Below are positions 39,989 through 57,258 of a stretch of 64,000 bases of DNA, in pieces. This stretch comes from Octopus vulgaris (taxonomy: Eukaryota). The DNA is taken from the NCBI GenBank assembly GCA_951406725.2, contig OX597827.1, positions 8,060,001 to 8,124,000 on the forward strand, given 5' to 3'. A program made the position numbers and the translations under genes. Under the pieces are notes generated by a model, which saw nothing but the letters and a program-made list of their open reading frames with translations, did no database searches and was not told the origin of the DNA. Every line of letters starts with the position of its first letter. The stretch's first letter is position 1.

Positions 39989-42669
39989 ACATAAAAAGAA
40001 AATATATAAAAAATTAGAAATGTAACAATATATCGGTGTCAATATCAAATGTGTTGCAAAGTGACAAGCTGTCAAAATTGTTAGAAAGCTGGACAAAATG
40101 CTGAGTGATATTTCATTGGTCTTTACATTCTGAGTTCAAATTCAGCCGAGGTTGACTTCCCCTTTCATCCCTTAGAGGTTGATAAAATAAGTACCAGTTG
40201 AGCACTAGGGTCAATGTAATCAGCTTATCCCACCACCAAAATTACTGGCCTTGTGCCGAAATATGGAATCAAGATTAAATATAAGGCAATGTATCGAGCT
40301 GGCAGAATCATTAGCATGCTAGACAGAATGCTGAGTGACATTTTGTCCGTTTTTACATTCTGAGTTGAAATTCCACCGAGGTTTACTTCACCCATCATCC
40401 TTTTGGGGTCAATAAAATAAGTACCAGTTGAGCACTGGGTCGATGTAATTGTCTTTCCTCTCCCTCAAAATTGCTGGTCTTGTGCCAAAATTTGAAACTA
40501 ATATTTAAGATGTTGTAGTGTAGGTAAATATGTGATAAATTACTATGGAATCAAAGTTGTAGGAATACTAGATTCATGGACAGATGTTTCCTACATGACC
40601 AGTTTTAAAATGAAGTGATTTCTAGTAATAATAATTAAGTTCTGCTCTGTAGGAGACATTCTTGACATTAGATGCAAAGCAAGTGATACACAATAAGAAA
40701 TATTAAAGTGTCTGCAAAGTCTCAAAAATCTCTGCCTTTGTTAGAAAGGTAAAGGATTTACCAATATTTAAAACAGACTGCATTGAAAATATGAACAAAA
40801 AAAAAAAAAAATTCAGTAAGGTATATTACTTCCCTTGCCTTAATCATCCTAACAGAGAACAACTTTCACTTTCAGTTTCCTGTATTGGTCAAATGGTGAT
40901 AGTGTTACTCATTTCAGAACTCTGTAGCATAGCTAAGATAAAGCCGGGGGGGGGGGAGTTGGGGTAGATACAAGAAATGAAGGAAGCGAGGGATGGGGTT
41001 GAGGGAGGTAGTCTGCCCTGCTCAACCCTTTTCCTAGGTAGCACTTTGGGGGTCTGCTGCGTATATCTTTCCCTGTGGGAAGTGGAAAATACTAGATGGC
41101 TGCCCCCAGGTGGCACACACTCTTGCTACTCCACTCTCAGAACTTCAATTCAATTTTAGCATTAAGAAACTAGATTTAAAATTCTTGATGTATTTTTGAG
41201 TATGTGCATATGTATGGAGGACTGCAAGTGTCTATATCTTTGTGTGTATGCGTATGCATGTGTGTGATGTTTGTGTGTGTGTGTATGTGTATGTATGTGT
41301 GCACGTGTGTGTGTGTAAGTCTGTGTGTGTATAAGCCTGTGTGTGCATGCATGTGTCTCTGTTACTCTGTAATCCTGCATCTGTATTTTGAAAGCGATTA
41401 AAGTAAATACTTTGAGTTTCTACAAATGCCCTCAATGCCATTGCTAGATCACAGTCACTAGATCACAGAATGAAATCAAGAAGAAGAAACCTTTCTCTAT
41501 TCTATGATTTTGTCGTTCCCTAAATATTACAGTAGAGTTATCTTTAAACTACCAAACCCTTAAGGAGCTCAACATTTAAAAACTGAAATTTAAAATCAGA
41601 TGAAATTTCTACCTGTATTCTGCTTAAAAATTCACTTGAAGCCCAAACATCTGTCTTTTTATAAATATTCATAAAACTCAGTGAATCATATTCTATTTTT
41701 AATTTTTTTAATTAAATTATTAACTTCTTTCCTTTATAACTCAACAGTATAATCATCAGCTTTTCAAAATGTTAGCATGGGTTGATCTGATCTTCAAATC
41801 TTGGCATTTGTTTATAGTACAAAATAATATATAGTTACAGGATCACTTACAGTTCAAACTATTCAACCAGAAACAAGTTTAGTGCTAGTTTTTTTTACTC
41901 ATCTCTTTATCTATTTAGAAGCAAGGTACAAGAGCATGTGCATATAAACAGCAAGCAAGTATTTGAGCCATTTATCCGTTAATTGAGATGTTTATATTTT
42001 CATTTACATTTTGATGCTTTCCTTGAACTCATAATAAATTCAGACACGATGCTCAAAGAATTTAGTGTGACTTAAGTACTAGCTCTTAATGTTTAGCATT
42101 AAAGTCATCTGTTAGCTAAGTTAAATTGTTTTCCTTGCTTTTGAAAAATGCATAGCTTTTCTAGCCAAAAAAAGACAAGAAAACAAAAGAAAGAAAAACC
42201 TTCTTTCTCTCCTCTTTTCAGACATATTTATCATCATCATCATCATCATCATCGTTTAGCGTCCGCTTTCCATGCTAGCATGGGTTGGACGGTTCAACTG
42301 GGGTCTGGGAAGCTAGAAGGCTGCACCAGGCCCAGTTTGATCTGGCAATGTTTCTACGGCTGGATGCCCTTCCTAACGCCAACCACTCCATGAGTGTAGT
42401 AGGCGCTTTTTTCGTGCCACCGGCACAGGTACCAGACGAGTCTGGCAAACGGCCACAATCGGATGGTGCCTTTTATGTGCCACCGGCACGGGGGCCAGGC
42501 GAGGCTGGCAATGATCATCTCCATGGATGAGTGAATCCATAAATACTCGAAACATATTCAGGAAACTTGAAGCCTTTGCTAGCAGAGAAAAATAAGGAAT
42601 GTCTAATACCTCCAACATTAAAATAAAAATTTTGATGAAAACAATCTTTAATATTATTATTTTAATTTA

Positions 42670-45230
<2,561 letters not shown>

Positions 45231-45452
45231 TAAATGTTTTATGATTAGGTATCGGAATTCTTGTTGAATATGAACCCAGGAACACGATTTCACTCTCACT
45301 CATGCTTTGAGTGTTCCACATTGATCCATTAATTTGCTGTAAGCATGCTAATTGAAAAATATATGCACATATAAAAACATTCACTCATACACAGACAAAC
45401 AGACAGAAAAACAGATAAATAGACAGATAAATAAATCAGTAGATAGATAAGT

Positions 45453-45521
<69 letters not shown>

Positions 45522-46683
45522 CATATATCTATACAGACATGTACATATGTAAGTAGGTAGAATGGCAAATAGATAGATAGATAGATAGATAAACTGATAG
45601 ATAAATTGATATATTTTATATATACATATACATATAGGCACATATTTATATATATATGTGTGTGAACACACACACGCACACATATGAGCAGATATATAAC
45701 TGCCCTGACTGACAGAGTGATAAAAACAAGTACAAACAACAAGAAAGAGTACAGAAGAGAAAAAAACAGGAATAGAAATAAAAAATTGTGAAACTGATAG
45801 CTAAGTAAATTAATTGATAAATCAATAGATTGCATAGGATTTTTGATATTAACAAATTCTGCTTATAATAAATAGTCACTAAATATATGTCCCTTTATTA
45901 GCTATGTTTTGTACTTCATTCTGAGTACTTTGTGTTATATGTAGTAAATTCAAGATACTGTCTTAGGAAAGATATTTCCTCGGCAACTCAACTTTCTTGT
46001 TTAATATTTTAAACCAGTGAAAGGGAAATCTTTTTCCGTGAAATGATTATCCAGCCCATTCCTTCCACATCGGAGACAGCTTATCATTAGGTTATGTTGA
46101 ACTTTTGTTAAATAAATTATAAGGATATAGGTAGACAAACAGATCGATAGTAAGAAGAAACTACACACACACACACACACAGAGAACAAAAAAAACAAAT
46201 TGATATAAAGAGATTGATATAAAGAGAGAGAGAAAGAAAGAAAGAGAGAAGGACAGAGAGGAAAAGACAGAGAGAGAGAGAAAGAGAGTAAAAAAAAACG
46301 AGGGAGAATGTATATGAATAGTAACATATATGGATAGATAGTCAGATGGATGGTCAAATGGATTAGCAGCTATATTGACAGATAGGTGGTTGGATGGATG
46401 TGTGGATGGGAGAGGGGGACATGAAATGGTAGGATAGATAGATGGTGGAATAGATGGATTGCTGAAAAGAGAAATAGATGGATGGAAGAATTAACGGACA
46501 AATTGGTATAAAAATAGATTTATATGAGGATAGATAAATAGTTTTATATATGTATACATACAAATACAATTACACATATATATATACATATATGTATATG
46601 TGTATATGTGTGTACATGTGTGCATGTGTATAATAATAGATTGATAGACAAACGGACAGAGAGACAGAGACACAGACAGAGAA

Positions 46684-46768
<85 letters not shown>

Positions 46769-46921
46769 AAGATAGATAGAAAGATAGATAGGTAGATAGA
46801 TAAATAGATAGATAGATAGATAGATAGATAGAAAGATAGATAGAAAGATAGATAGATAGGTAGATAGATATATAGATAGATAGATAGGTAGATAGATAGG
46901 TAGATAGATAGATAGATAGAC

Positions 46922-46985
<64 letters not shown>

Positions 46986-47314
46986 GGATAGGTAGATAGA
47001 TAGATAGATAGATAGAGCTGGACAAATGAATTCTACAACTACAATCTTAGGGGCTATGAGTGTAGATATATTTAGAGTGAGAGATGGATAAATGGTTGAA
47101 TGGGAACATGGATGGTTGGCTAAAATAGAATGATGGATAGTTAAAAGGTAGAAAGATAGATATATGGTTAATAGCTGTACAGCTAGCAATAAAGGCTAGC
47201 TATAGTAGTTGAATAGAAATGTATTTAAAGGGAGTAAAAAATGATGCCTATAAGGATTGCATTCATATGTTTCTGTGTGTGTGTGTGTGTATGTGTGTGC
47301 ATGTGCATGTAGAT

Positions 47315-47368
<54 letters not shown>

Positions 47369-49493
47369 GTACATATATATATATATATGCATGCATGTAC
47401 ATAAGACAATTGAATAAAGAAAGTGACATGTAAAAATGTATAGTGGTAGATATACAGATAGATATATGTTGATTAATTTAAGTGTTTAATTGATAGGTAG
47501 CTGGATTGATGAGTATATGGATTGATTGATAGATTGTTTTAGATGAATCAGTTGATAAATATATAGAAAGAGAAATTAGATAGATTGAGAAAGAAAGAGG
47601 GAGAGAGAGTGAAAGGTAGAGAGTGACAGAGAGAGAGAGAGAGAGCAGTAGATATGATAAATAAAACAGTGATAGGATGTTATAGAAATAGTAGTGTATT
47701 AGGGAAAATGGTCATTTTTGAGTATAAAATGAAATAAATGTTGAGGGAATGTACTTCATAGGAGGTTAAAAATAATCAGTTTCTGATGCTTGTTTTAGAT
47801 GTTACTCAAAGAAGTTAAAAAAAGATTGAAAATTCTCACAATACTCAGCTGACTGGAGATGTCAGGTGAAGATTGGCAAAAAAGAAAAAATACCAAAGAA
47901 AAGTACTAAAAAGAATGAAAAGAAAGAAAGAAAAAGAAAGAGAGAGATAAAAAAAAAGAGAAAATGAAAGGAAAAGACATTCACTGCTAAGGACAAGTTG
48001 ATAGCAGTAGAAAGTCAGAAAATAGTAGGAATGGTCAGTCCTGTTGGGGTTGATAACAATCATGGAACAAAAGGACGCTAAATAGATACCATTTTCAAAT
48101 AGTGATAAGGAATTTCTCTGGATTTCTTTTTATGGAATGATGTGAAAAGGGACAATAATGCTAGGATATTTAATTAAATAACTTCTTAATTAATTAATTT
48201 GGTTTACTTTAAGACATCAAAAATATATCTAAATGCACTGTTTAAGGGGAAAAATAGCATATATATGTATATCTAAATATGTATATATTTAAATAGGTAT
48301 ATATTTCCCTCTAAGAATTGCCAAATAGTAGATAATTGTTAAAGCTACATGAAAAGAATATAACAAAATTAAAAATGGAAAAAAAATCTTAATAAACAAT
48401 AATAAAGTGATAGAAAATAATCTAAGAAAGAAAGAAAAAATAAGAAAAGTGTAAGAGAGGCAATATAAGAGAAAGAAGGATGAAGAGAGGGAGAGAGAGA
48501 GGGAGAGATAGAGGAAGGAAGTGAAAGAGAAAATGAGAAACAGGTGAAGAAAGTCAATCCATTTTACACATACTACTTCTAATTTATAATAAGGGACGGT
48601 GAACAAAACAAATTAATTTACATTGCAAACCAGTAAAGAGACAACGACTAAATAGTCAAAATCTGACTGCAATCACCAACAACGAAGGTGATGGATGTAG
48701 TGTTATTTAAATTAAGGGAGAGAGAGGAAAAAAAAAAAAACCTAGTGGATAAAATCCATTAGCTCTACCTTTTTACAGGGCAGTTGAATGGGGAAAATTA
48801 TATGACATCAAATTAGATAAGAGAAAGATAAGCATGGTCTAATCTCCCACCAGGATTAATCAATATAGAAAAGTGGTTAGAGTCAAGAAGTAAAAATTAG
48901 ATTAGTTGAGACATTACCCATCTATGGAATACACCTGATTTGCCTTGAAATGGCAGCTATCATTGGACATTAGGCAGGAGATAATCTCCCTGATACACTC
49001 CACTCTGCTTACTAACCTGCAATATTAGCCACTCCACACTAAATATCCTACACCATTTTTTCTGGATGTAAATAATTCAGTGTTCAGTTTGAATGATAAA
49101 ATTTCAAAAATGATCCCTAGTGTATGTCACTTTTTTTATATTTATATTTTAATGATTGCATCTCTGTATGTATTATACCATTGTACAGTGACTTCTCTTG
49201 CTGTCACTCACTCACTCACTCCCTCTTTTCTCTCTTACTCCTCTTCTCTTTCTCTCTTGCATTCCTCTCACTGCATGGACACACGGATCTCTTCAATAAT
49301 TTGTTTGTTGTTTTCTCATAGCAGAGCTGACTGACTGAGAGAGAGAGGGAGGGAGGGAGAAAGATAAATAGATAGATAAATAGATGCACAATGACACCAT
49401 GTCATTCTGTTTTGTTGTTTTATAAAATGGACATGAAATCCATGAATAGGAAGAACTGAAAGAAAAAACAAGGAGAGCAAAAAGTCTACTTAC

Positions 49494-49800
49494 AGAGAGT
49501 GGTAAATCCTTTTCTCCTGTCTGTGAGGTGTGTAGTCTGCTGTCTGAGTTGTACAGTTACTGCTGCTGTTGTGTACGCTGCCAGTATTAGGTGGCTTGGT
49601 CTGTGTTGTTGTGGTAATGTGAGTGTGTGTGTGAGAGAGAAAGAGAGATAGATAGAGAGACCGTGTGTGTGTGTGTCTGCAGTCCTACATCAAGTGTGTG
49701 CTGGGGGGGGGGGTGTATAGAGGATGTCTGCTGCAGCCAATGACATGCTGGTCCAGCAGAGCAGTAGGGGTAGGATTGGGAGCACAGGGGTCAGGAAAAA
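49494..49800 (-). promoter_or_regulatory. Candidate promoter and first non-coding exon of the protocadherin
   Basis: Locally GC-richer, TE-free island. Two opposed CCAAT boxes (AGCCAAT 49735-49741; GATTGG 49774-49779), a poly-G run and GA/CA repeats. Minus-strand donor CT|GTAAGT at 49494/49493. The large exon opens with an acceptor, so an upstream exon is required. Confidence 0.4.
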
Positions 49801-50237
49801 GACCAAAAACGAAAAATGCTAATAAATATATATAAATGGAAGAAAATAAAGTTTAAAAAACAAAACAAGCTCCAATATTCTAACACCTTCCTATATGTTA
49901 ATTACTGGATGGAAAAAAAAGGGCCGACTTATTATTTTATGAAGATATCATCAATAGATGATCCGTGTGATATCTTAAAACTATATCAGATCATGTTGCC
50001 TCTTATACAACATAAATAGAGACATTTAAAAATGCCCACATTACATGAAAAAAAAAAAATTTAATCCTAGGAAAGAGCAAATTTTTATATTCATCTCCAT
50101 CATAACAATGATATATTTACCATCCATTATACAAAGAATTAATATTTTTTGTCATGTGTATGTATGTGTGTGTGTGTATATATATATACACAAATGTAAG
50201 CATATATATGTATATGCATATCTGTTTATCTATCTAT

Positions 50238-50318
<81 letters not shown>

Positions 50319-51132
50319 AATATATGTATGTATATGTATGTAAATATTTGTTTATATATATCTGTATCTGTGTGTATATATACATACATATACATACACA
50401 CACACATATATATATATATATATACACACACATATATATATATACATACACACACACATACACACACATACATAAATACATACATACTTACATACATACA
50501 TATATTTATATATACACACACACATATATATGAATGTATGTGCATGTGAGTGTGTGTGTGTGCAGAGGTGTGTATGTGTGTGTGTGTGTGTGTGTGCACG
50601 TGTGTGTACGCGTGTGCGTGTGTGCGTGTGTGTGAATATATGAAAAGAATACTTCTAAGAAGACATAAGTTTTGATTTTTATTTCAACAATATTTTTTCA
50701 TCCTCCCAACATTACCATCACCACCACCACCACCACCACCACCACCACCACCATCACCACTACCACCACTTTCTTATTTTGTTTTATTTCCATGAATGCA
50801 ACTTTGTTCACAATTAGGGAAGACATGAAAATACTTCTGCCAACCCATCTCTCACCCACTTCTTTCGAAAAAAAAAATAATAATCAAGCTTTTATTCTAG
50901 CATAATCATGAGAAATGTCAATGTTTAAATAAATAAGAAAAGGAAAAAAGAAAATTAAAATGGTAAATCAATGATTGATAATAATGTAAAGCAATTACAG
51001 ATTTTTGATATTTTTCTTTTTTTTCCTTTCATAGTGATTACATTTTATGATTCTTGTTTGTCATATTATTTCACATTGTCAAAACACAGGAGCATGTGAG
51101 ACAGTATTCACACAATGCGTGAGTAGGTATAG

Positions 51133-51164
<32 letters not shown>

Positions 51165-51265
51165 ACATGCATACTTATGTACATACATAAATACATACAT
51201 ACATACACACATCTACTATGCATATATATGTATACACTCACATATGTATATAAATGTTTATAAAT

Positions 51266-51297
<32 letters not shown>

Positions 51298-51300
51298 TTA

Positions 51301-51338
<38 letters not shown>

Positions 51339-51988
51339 TAAATATATATCATCATCATTATCATTATTGTTTAGTGTCTGTCTATATATATACATACATA
51401 TACACACTATATATATTTATACACACACACATACACACATACACACACACATACACATATATAATTAATAATATCATTTCCAAATAAGTATATATATATA
51501 AGGGATAAATTATCATGTCGGATGCCGAATTAAAACATAAAGTGGTATAGATGCAGGTTATCCACCACATTCGAACTACATAGTCCTCAAGTATAAACGG
51601 ATACTGGTACTTATAAGCTCCACTTGTTGGGTAGTTCCTTGTTCCTATTCAAAACTGCAAATATTCGGTAGAGTGTATAACTGAAAATGAAGGGGAGAGT
51701 GGAGATTTATTAACATCCAAAACTTTTTATTAAAAAAGTTTTCTACACCATATGTAACAATGACCAACATATGTTTCAACTGAAGCCACTGCACATTGCT
51801 CTATATGCAATTATGCATCCTAGTCACTGCAATTTCATCAAGGGTCCATCACTTACAACGTTTCCAAAGTGAACTGATTCAAACAAGCTTCCTGCGTTGG
51901 TATTCAGTTGAAAGCTCTAGCTTTACTTTTTAAATCAAATTGAATTCCGGTCTTATGATCACCTCTACAGGTATTACAGTTGAATTAT

Positions 51989-52220
51989 AAGGCAGCGAGC
52001 TGGCAGAAACGTTAGCACGCCGGGCGAAATGCTTAGCGGTATTTCGTCTGCGTTACGTTGTGAGTTCAAATTCCGCCGAGGTCGACTTTGCCTTTCATCC
52101 TTTCGGGGTCGATAAATTAAGTACCAGTTACACACTGGGGTCGATGTAATCGACTTAATACCTATGTCTGTCCTTGTTTGTCCCCTCTGTGTTTAGCCCC
52201 TTGTGGGCAATAAAGAAATA
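51989..52220 (+). mobile_element. SINE family B with 17-bp target-site duplication
   Basis: GAGCTGGCAGAAACGTTAGC head, GAGTTCAAATTCC B-box-like motif, central GCCTTTCATCCTTTCGGGGTCGATAAA; flanked by duplicated AGGTATTACAGTTGAAT. Confidence 0.9.
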
Positions 52221-52529
52221 GGTATTACAGTTGAATCATGGTCTATAAAATGCTCATTCATATTTCAGTCAAATGAAGCAGTTTTGTTTATATTTTATTG
52301 TATGTGGGGCATTATATATTCAGAGGAAATTAATTTATGTTTGGGTTTATACTCTCGATTAATATCCTTATTGTTGTTATATAAACCATGATTCAAATGT
52401 AATACCAGTAGGGGTAATTATAAGACTGGAATTCAATTTGATTTAAAAAGTATAGCTAGAGCCTTCAACTGAATACCAACGCAGGAATCTTGTTTGAATC
52501 AGGCCACTTTGAAAATGTCGTAAGTGGTG

Positions 52530-52614
52530 GACCCTTGATGAAATTGCAGTGACTAGGATACATAATTGCCTACAGAGCAATGTGAAGTTGCTACAATTGA
52601 AACTTATGTCGGTC
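52530..52614 (+). ncRNA. Type I hammerhead ribozyme motif
   Basis: Stem I GACC/GGTC; core (C)TTGATGA 52535-52541; stem II AATTGCAG/CTACAATT; GAAAC 52599-52603; GTC triplet 52608-52610. Mirror copy on the minus strand at ~51762-51846. Confidence 0.7.
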
Positions 52615-53267
52615 ATTGTTACGTATGCTGTAGAAAACATTTTAAATAAAAAATTTTGGATGTGAATAAATCTCCACTGTCCCCTTCATTTTCCCTTATA
52701 TATATATATTTTATTTCTTTATTACCCACAAGGGGCTAAACATAGAGGAGACAAACAAAGACAGACAAAGGGATTAAGTCGATTACATCGACCCCAGTGC
52801 GTAACTGGTACTTAATTTATCGACCCCAAAAGGATGAAAGGCAAAGTCGTGTGTGTGTGTGTATAATTACTGCATGGAAGGTGTTTATAAGCCATTTTAA
52901 GACACAAAACCATTAGATTCACTTCAATATTTAAATTTGAATAGTTTTGTGGCTTTGAAACCACGTCCTGTTCACTGACAAAATTCCATGCTGTATATAT
53001 ATATATATATATATACATATATATACACACGCACATGTCTATACACACATACACACACATATATGAATGTGTGTGTGTGTGTATTTCATACATTTACACA
53101 CACACTTGAGAATGCCCCCATCACTCACCAGGAGTCCATACAGGCCAATACTGCCGCTAGGAAAAGCTACACATAATGCAACAGCCTGAAGTATCCGACA
53201 ACTGGAAAATGGACCTGTTATTTTGTTGTCATTAGAGAAACACACTGTTAATAAACTTCAAAACACT

Positions 53268-53395
53268 CAACCACATGGTTCTGGGTTCAGTCCCACTGCG
53301 TGGCATCTTGGGCAAGTGTCTTCTGCTATAGCCCCGGGCCGACCAATGCCTTGTGAGTGCATTTGGTAGACGGAAACTGAAAGAAGCCTGTCGTA

Positions 53396-53462
<67 letters not shown>

Positions 53463-53667
53463 ATTTGTCCCCCTAGCATCGCTTGACAACCGATGCTGGT
53501 GTGTTTACGTCCCCGGTACACTTAGCAGTTCGGCAAAAGAGCGACCGATAGAATAAGTACTGGGCTTACAAAAAGAATAAGTCCCTGGGTCGATTTGCTC
53601 AACTAAAGGCGGTGCTCCAGCATGGCCGCAGTCAAATGACTGAAACAAGAAAAAGAGTAAAAGAGTA
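53268..53667 (+). mobile_element. SINE family A, slightly 5'-truncated
   Basis: Match from CAACCACATGGTTC to the tail. Confidence 0.85.
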
Positions 53668-54002
53668 ATACTCCAAACCGATCATCCATCTTTTACTCCT
53701 GCTGGCCTGTATGCGAATGTAGGGTAGGCAATCCCTGTTTCCTCTTAGCCAGATTATTCCCCTTGCACTGACCACAAGCACTGCCTACCATTGCTTATTA
53801 CCCATCGACACAAACAACTACAAGATATACTAATTTGTAATTTGACCTAACTACTCTGTTAACCTTGCTATATGGAACAGCAGCAGCAGCAGCAGGCCTC
53901 TATCTGCATCTGCTGTCGCTGACCTGCCGAATCCCGCATGCAGTAGATCAGCTGGTGTTGCTGACATACACATGTATACATACATATACATATATATGTG
54001 TA

Positions 54003-54035
<33 letters not shown>

Positions 54036-54136
54036 GGATTCATACATATGTATACATATATATGTGTATACCTACATACATACATATATGGATTCATACA
54101 TATATATATGTATACATACATACATATATGTATACA

Positions 54137-54172
<36 letters not shown>

Positions 54173-54184
54173 TATGTGTATACA

Positions 54185-54217
<33 letters not shown>

Positions 54218-54340
54218 GTATACATACATACATATATGTATACATACATACATACATACATACATACATACATCCATACATACATACATACATACATAAA
54301 TACATATATGGATTCATACATACATATATGTATACATACA

Positions 54341-54372
<32 letters not shown>

Positions 54373-54844
54373 CATAAATACACCATCATCATCATTATCA
54401 TTATCATCATCACAATCATTATCGGCATCCTAATGTCCATTTTTCTATATTTACATGGACGAGATGGAGGTTATTGAGGCAGACAGTCTACAACTTGATG
54501 TCCTTCCTGATGCCAACTCTTATGTTTCCAAGCAATTAATATTTTCCCATAATCAGAGTTAATTTTACAAAATATTGGAAAAAAAAAGAATATTCATTTA
54601 AAATCACACAGTGTCAGGACACAGAGATCCAAACATACATGGAACCCCCACACACACACACACACACTTACACTTACACATATATACATGCATACACATA
54701 TTGATTTAAATCTGTATATACAACAAACTTCTTTTTTTAGTTTTCCCCCACCCCCTGCAGAAACCACTCAAAAGCTTTGGCCAGAAGATGCTCGAATCTG
54801 AGGCCACACCTGCATCTACTTCATACCACACAGCTACACCTGCA

Positions 54845-54945
<101 letters not shown>

Positions 54946-55189
54946 ATAAATTAATAAATAAAATGAAACATATGCATATATACATACATATATGTACGTA
55001 CCTACCTCTACATGTATATATACATGCATATATGAGTACAGGACACCAAAAAAAACGTCGAACACAATGAGAAACGAAAACATAAACACAAAACCAAGGA
55101 AATGGACATTTTTCTTAAACAACGAAAAAATAGAGTACAGGACAAATAACACAAGGAAAATTCCCCTTCTTCAGTCGCCATGGTTTCAT

Positions 55190-57105
55190 ATCATCATCAT
55201 CATCATCTGCATCATCATTTAACATCCACTTTCCATGCTGGCATGGATTGGACAGTTTGACTGAGAACTGGCAAGCTGGGAGGCTGCACCAGGCTCTAGT
55301 CTGATTTGGAAAGGTTTCTATAGTTGGATGTCCTTTCTAATGCTGACCACTCTGAGAGTGCAGTGGATGCTTTTTATGTGCCACTGGTACAGGAGCCAGT
55401 CAAGTAACACTGGCATTGGCCATGCTTAAGTAGTGCTTCTTATGTGCCACCGGCATGGGAGTCATTCAAGCAGCACTGGCAATTATCACATTTGAATGGT
55501 GCTTTATATGTGCTACCAGTATGGGACCAGTCAGGCAGCACTGGCATTGACCATGCTCGAATGGTACTTTTTATGTGCCACTGGCATGGGTGCCAATCAG
55601 GCGGTACTGTCATCAGTCACAACAAGGACATCACTTGACTCAGCAGATCTTCACAAGTGCAGTTTATTGCCCAATGATTGAAGGGTACTCTTAATGGGCC
55701 AGTTATACTGCACTGGCATAGGCCATGGTTAAAGTCTCACTTGGCTTGCTGGATCTTCTCAAGCACAGCATATCTCCAAAGGTCTCAGTCACTTGTCATT
55801 GCCTCCTTGAGGCCCAACATTCAAAGATCGTGCTTCACCACCTCATCCCAGGTCTTCCTGGGTCTACTTCTTCCACAGGTTCCCTCTACTGCTAGGGTGT
55901 GACATTTTTCCACACACCTGTCATCATCCATACACAACACATGACCATACCAGTGCAGTTGTCTCTCTTGCACACCACATCTGATGCTTCTTATGTCCAA
56001 CTTTTCTCTCAGGTCGCTTACACTCTATAGTGTATGCACACTGACATTACACATCCAGCGGAGCATACAAGCTTCATTTCTTGCAATCTTACGCATGTCC
56101 TCAGCAGTCACGGCCCATGTTTCACTGCCATGTAGCATGGCTGTTCACACACATACATCATACAGTCTACCTTTTATTCTGAGCAAGAGGCCCTTTATCA
56201 CCACTAGAGGTAGGGGTTCTCTAAACTTTGCCCAGGCTATTCTTATTCTAGCAGCTACACTCTCTGAGCATCTACCCCACCACTGACTTGGTCACCTAGG
56301 TAATGGAAGCTATCAACTACTTCTAGTTTTTCTCCTTGGCATGTGACAGAAGCTGTTTTCTTCACATTTTCAGTGTTTACTGTCCCTGAGCATTTTCCAC
56401 ATACAAATTCTATCTTCCCAGTTAGCCTTCTTTTAATATTGCTGTACCTCTTATGTGTCCATAGCTTACACTGGTTACATCTTATGGAGCTTCTACCTAC
56501 GCCTTTTCTACAGCTCGAGCAGAGCCATCTACCTGAAGGGATTTGAGATTTGTCTGCCTTCCTACATATTAAGACTTTGGTTTTTGCTAGATTGACTCTA
56601 AGGCCCTTTGATTCTAGACCTTGCTTCCATACCTGAAACTTCTCTGGTTCTGATAGTGACTCAGCTATTAGAGCAAGGTCATCAGCACAGCGAAGCTTCC
56701 AGGGGCATCCTGTCTTGAATTCCCCTGTTATTGCTTGGAGGACTATGATGAATAAGAGAGGGCTGAGGAATGATCCTTGCTGAACTCCTATCCCTACCCG
56801 GAATTCTTCTCTGTACTCATTGCCAACCCTCACCTTATTGACAGCATCCCTGTACATGGTTTGTACAGCATTCACTAACCACTCATCTATCCCTAGTTTC
56901 TGCATTGACCACAACATAAGGGATCAGGGGACCCTGTCATAGGCTTTCTCCATATCAATAAAAGCCGAGTACAGAGGTTTATCTTTGGCTAGGTATTTCA
57001 TCTGCAGCTGTCTTACCAGAAATATAGCATCAGTGGTGCTCTTCTCTGGCATAAACCCAAACTGCATCTCGTCTAAACTGACTCTGTCCCTAATTAGTTG
57101 GGCTG
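55190..57105 (-). mobile_element. 5'-truncated RTE-like non-LTR retrotransposon, degraded
   Basis: RT motifs QFGFMPEKSTTDAIF, FIDMEKAYDRVP, GVQQGSFLSPLLF, CADDL (ORFs 56924..57136, 56255..56917); Cys-rich finger; 3'UTR ending in (GAT)n. Confidence 0.9.
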
Positions 57106-57258
57106 TGACATCTCCGTGACTTTCATAGCCTGACAAATTAAGCAGAGAGTCAGTTTAGACAAGATACAGTCTGGGTTTGTACCAGGGAAAAGCATCAACC
57201 CATGCTAGCATGGAAAACGGATGCTAAACGACGATGATGATGATGATGATGATATATA

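Larger units (their letters stand above)
51683..52693. repeat. Fold-back element with ~300-bp diverged arms
   Basis: 51683-51982 is the reverse complement of ~52394-52693; the spacer holds a SINE-B insertion. Confidence 0.9.

Noticed and set aside
55365-55590. CRISPR array
   Set aside because: Eukaryotic context, no cas genes, degenerate repeats with mutually related spacers, always inside a LINE 3'UTR.
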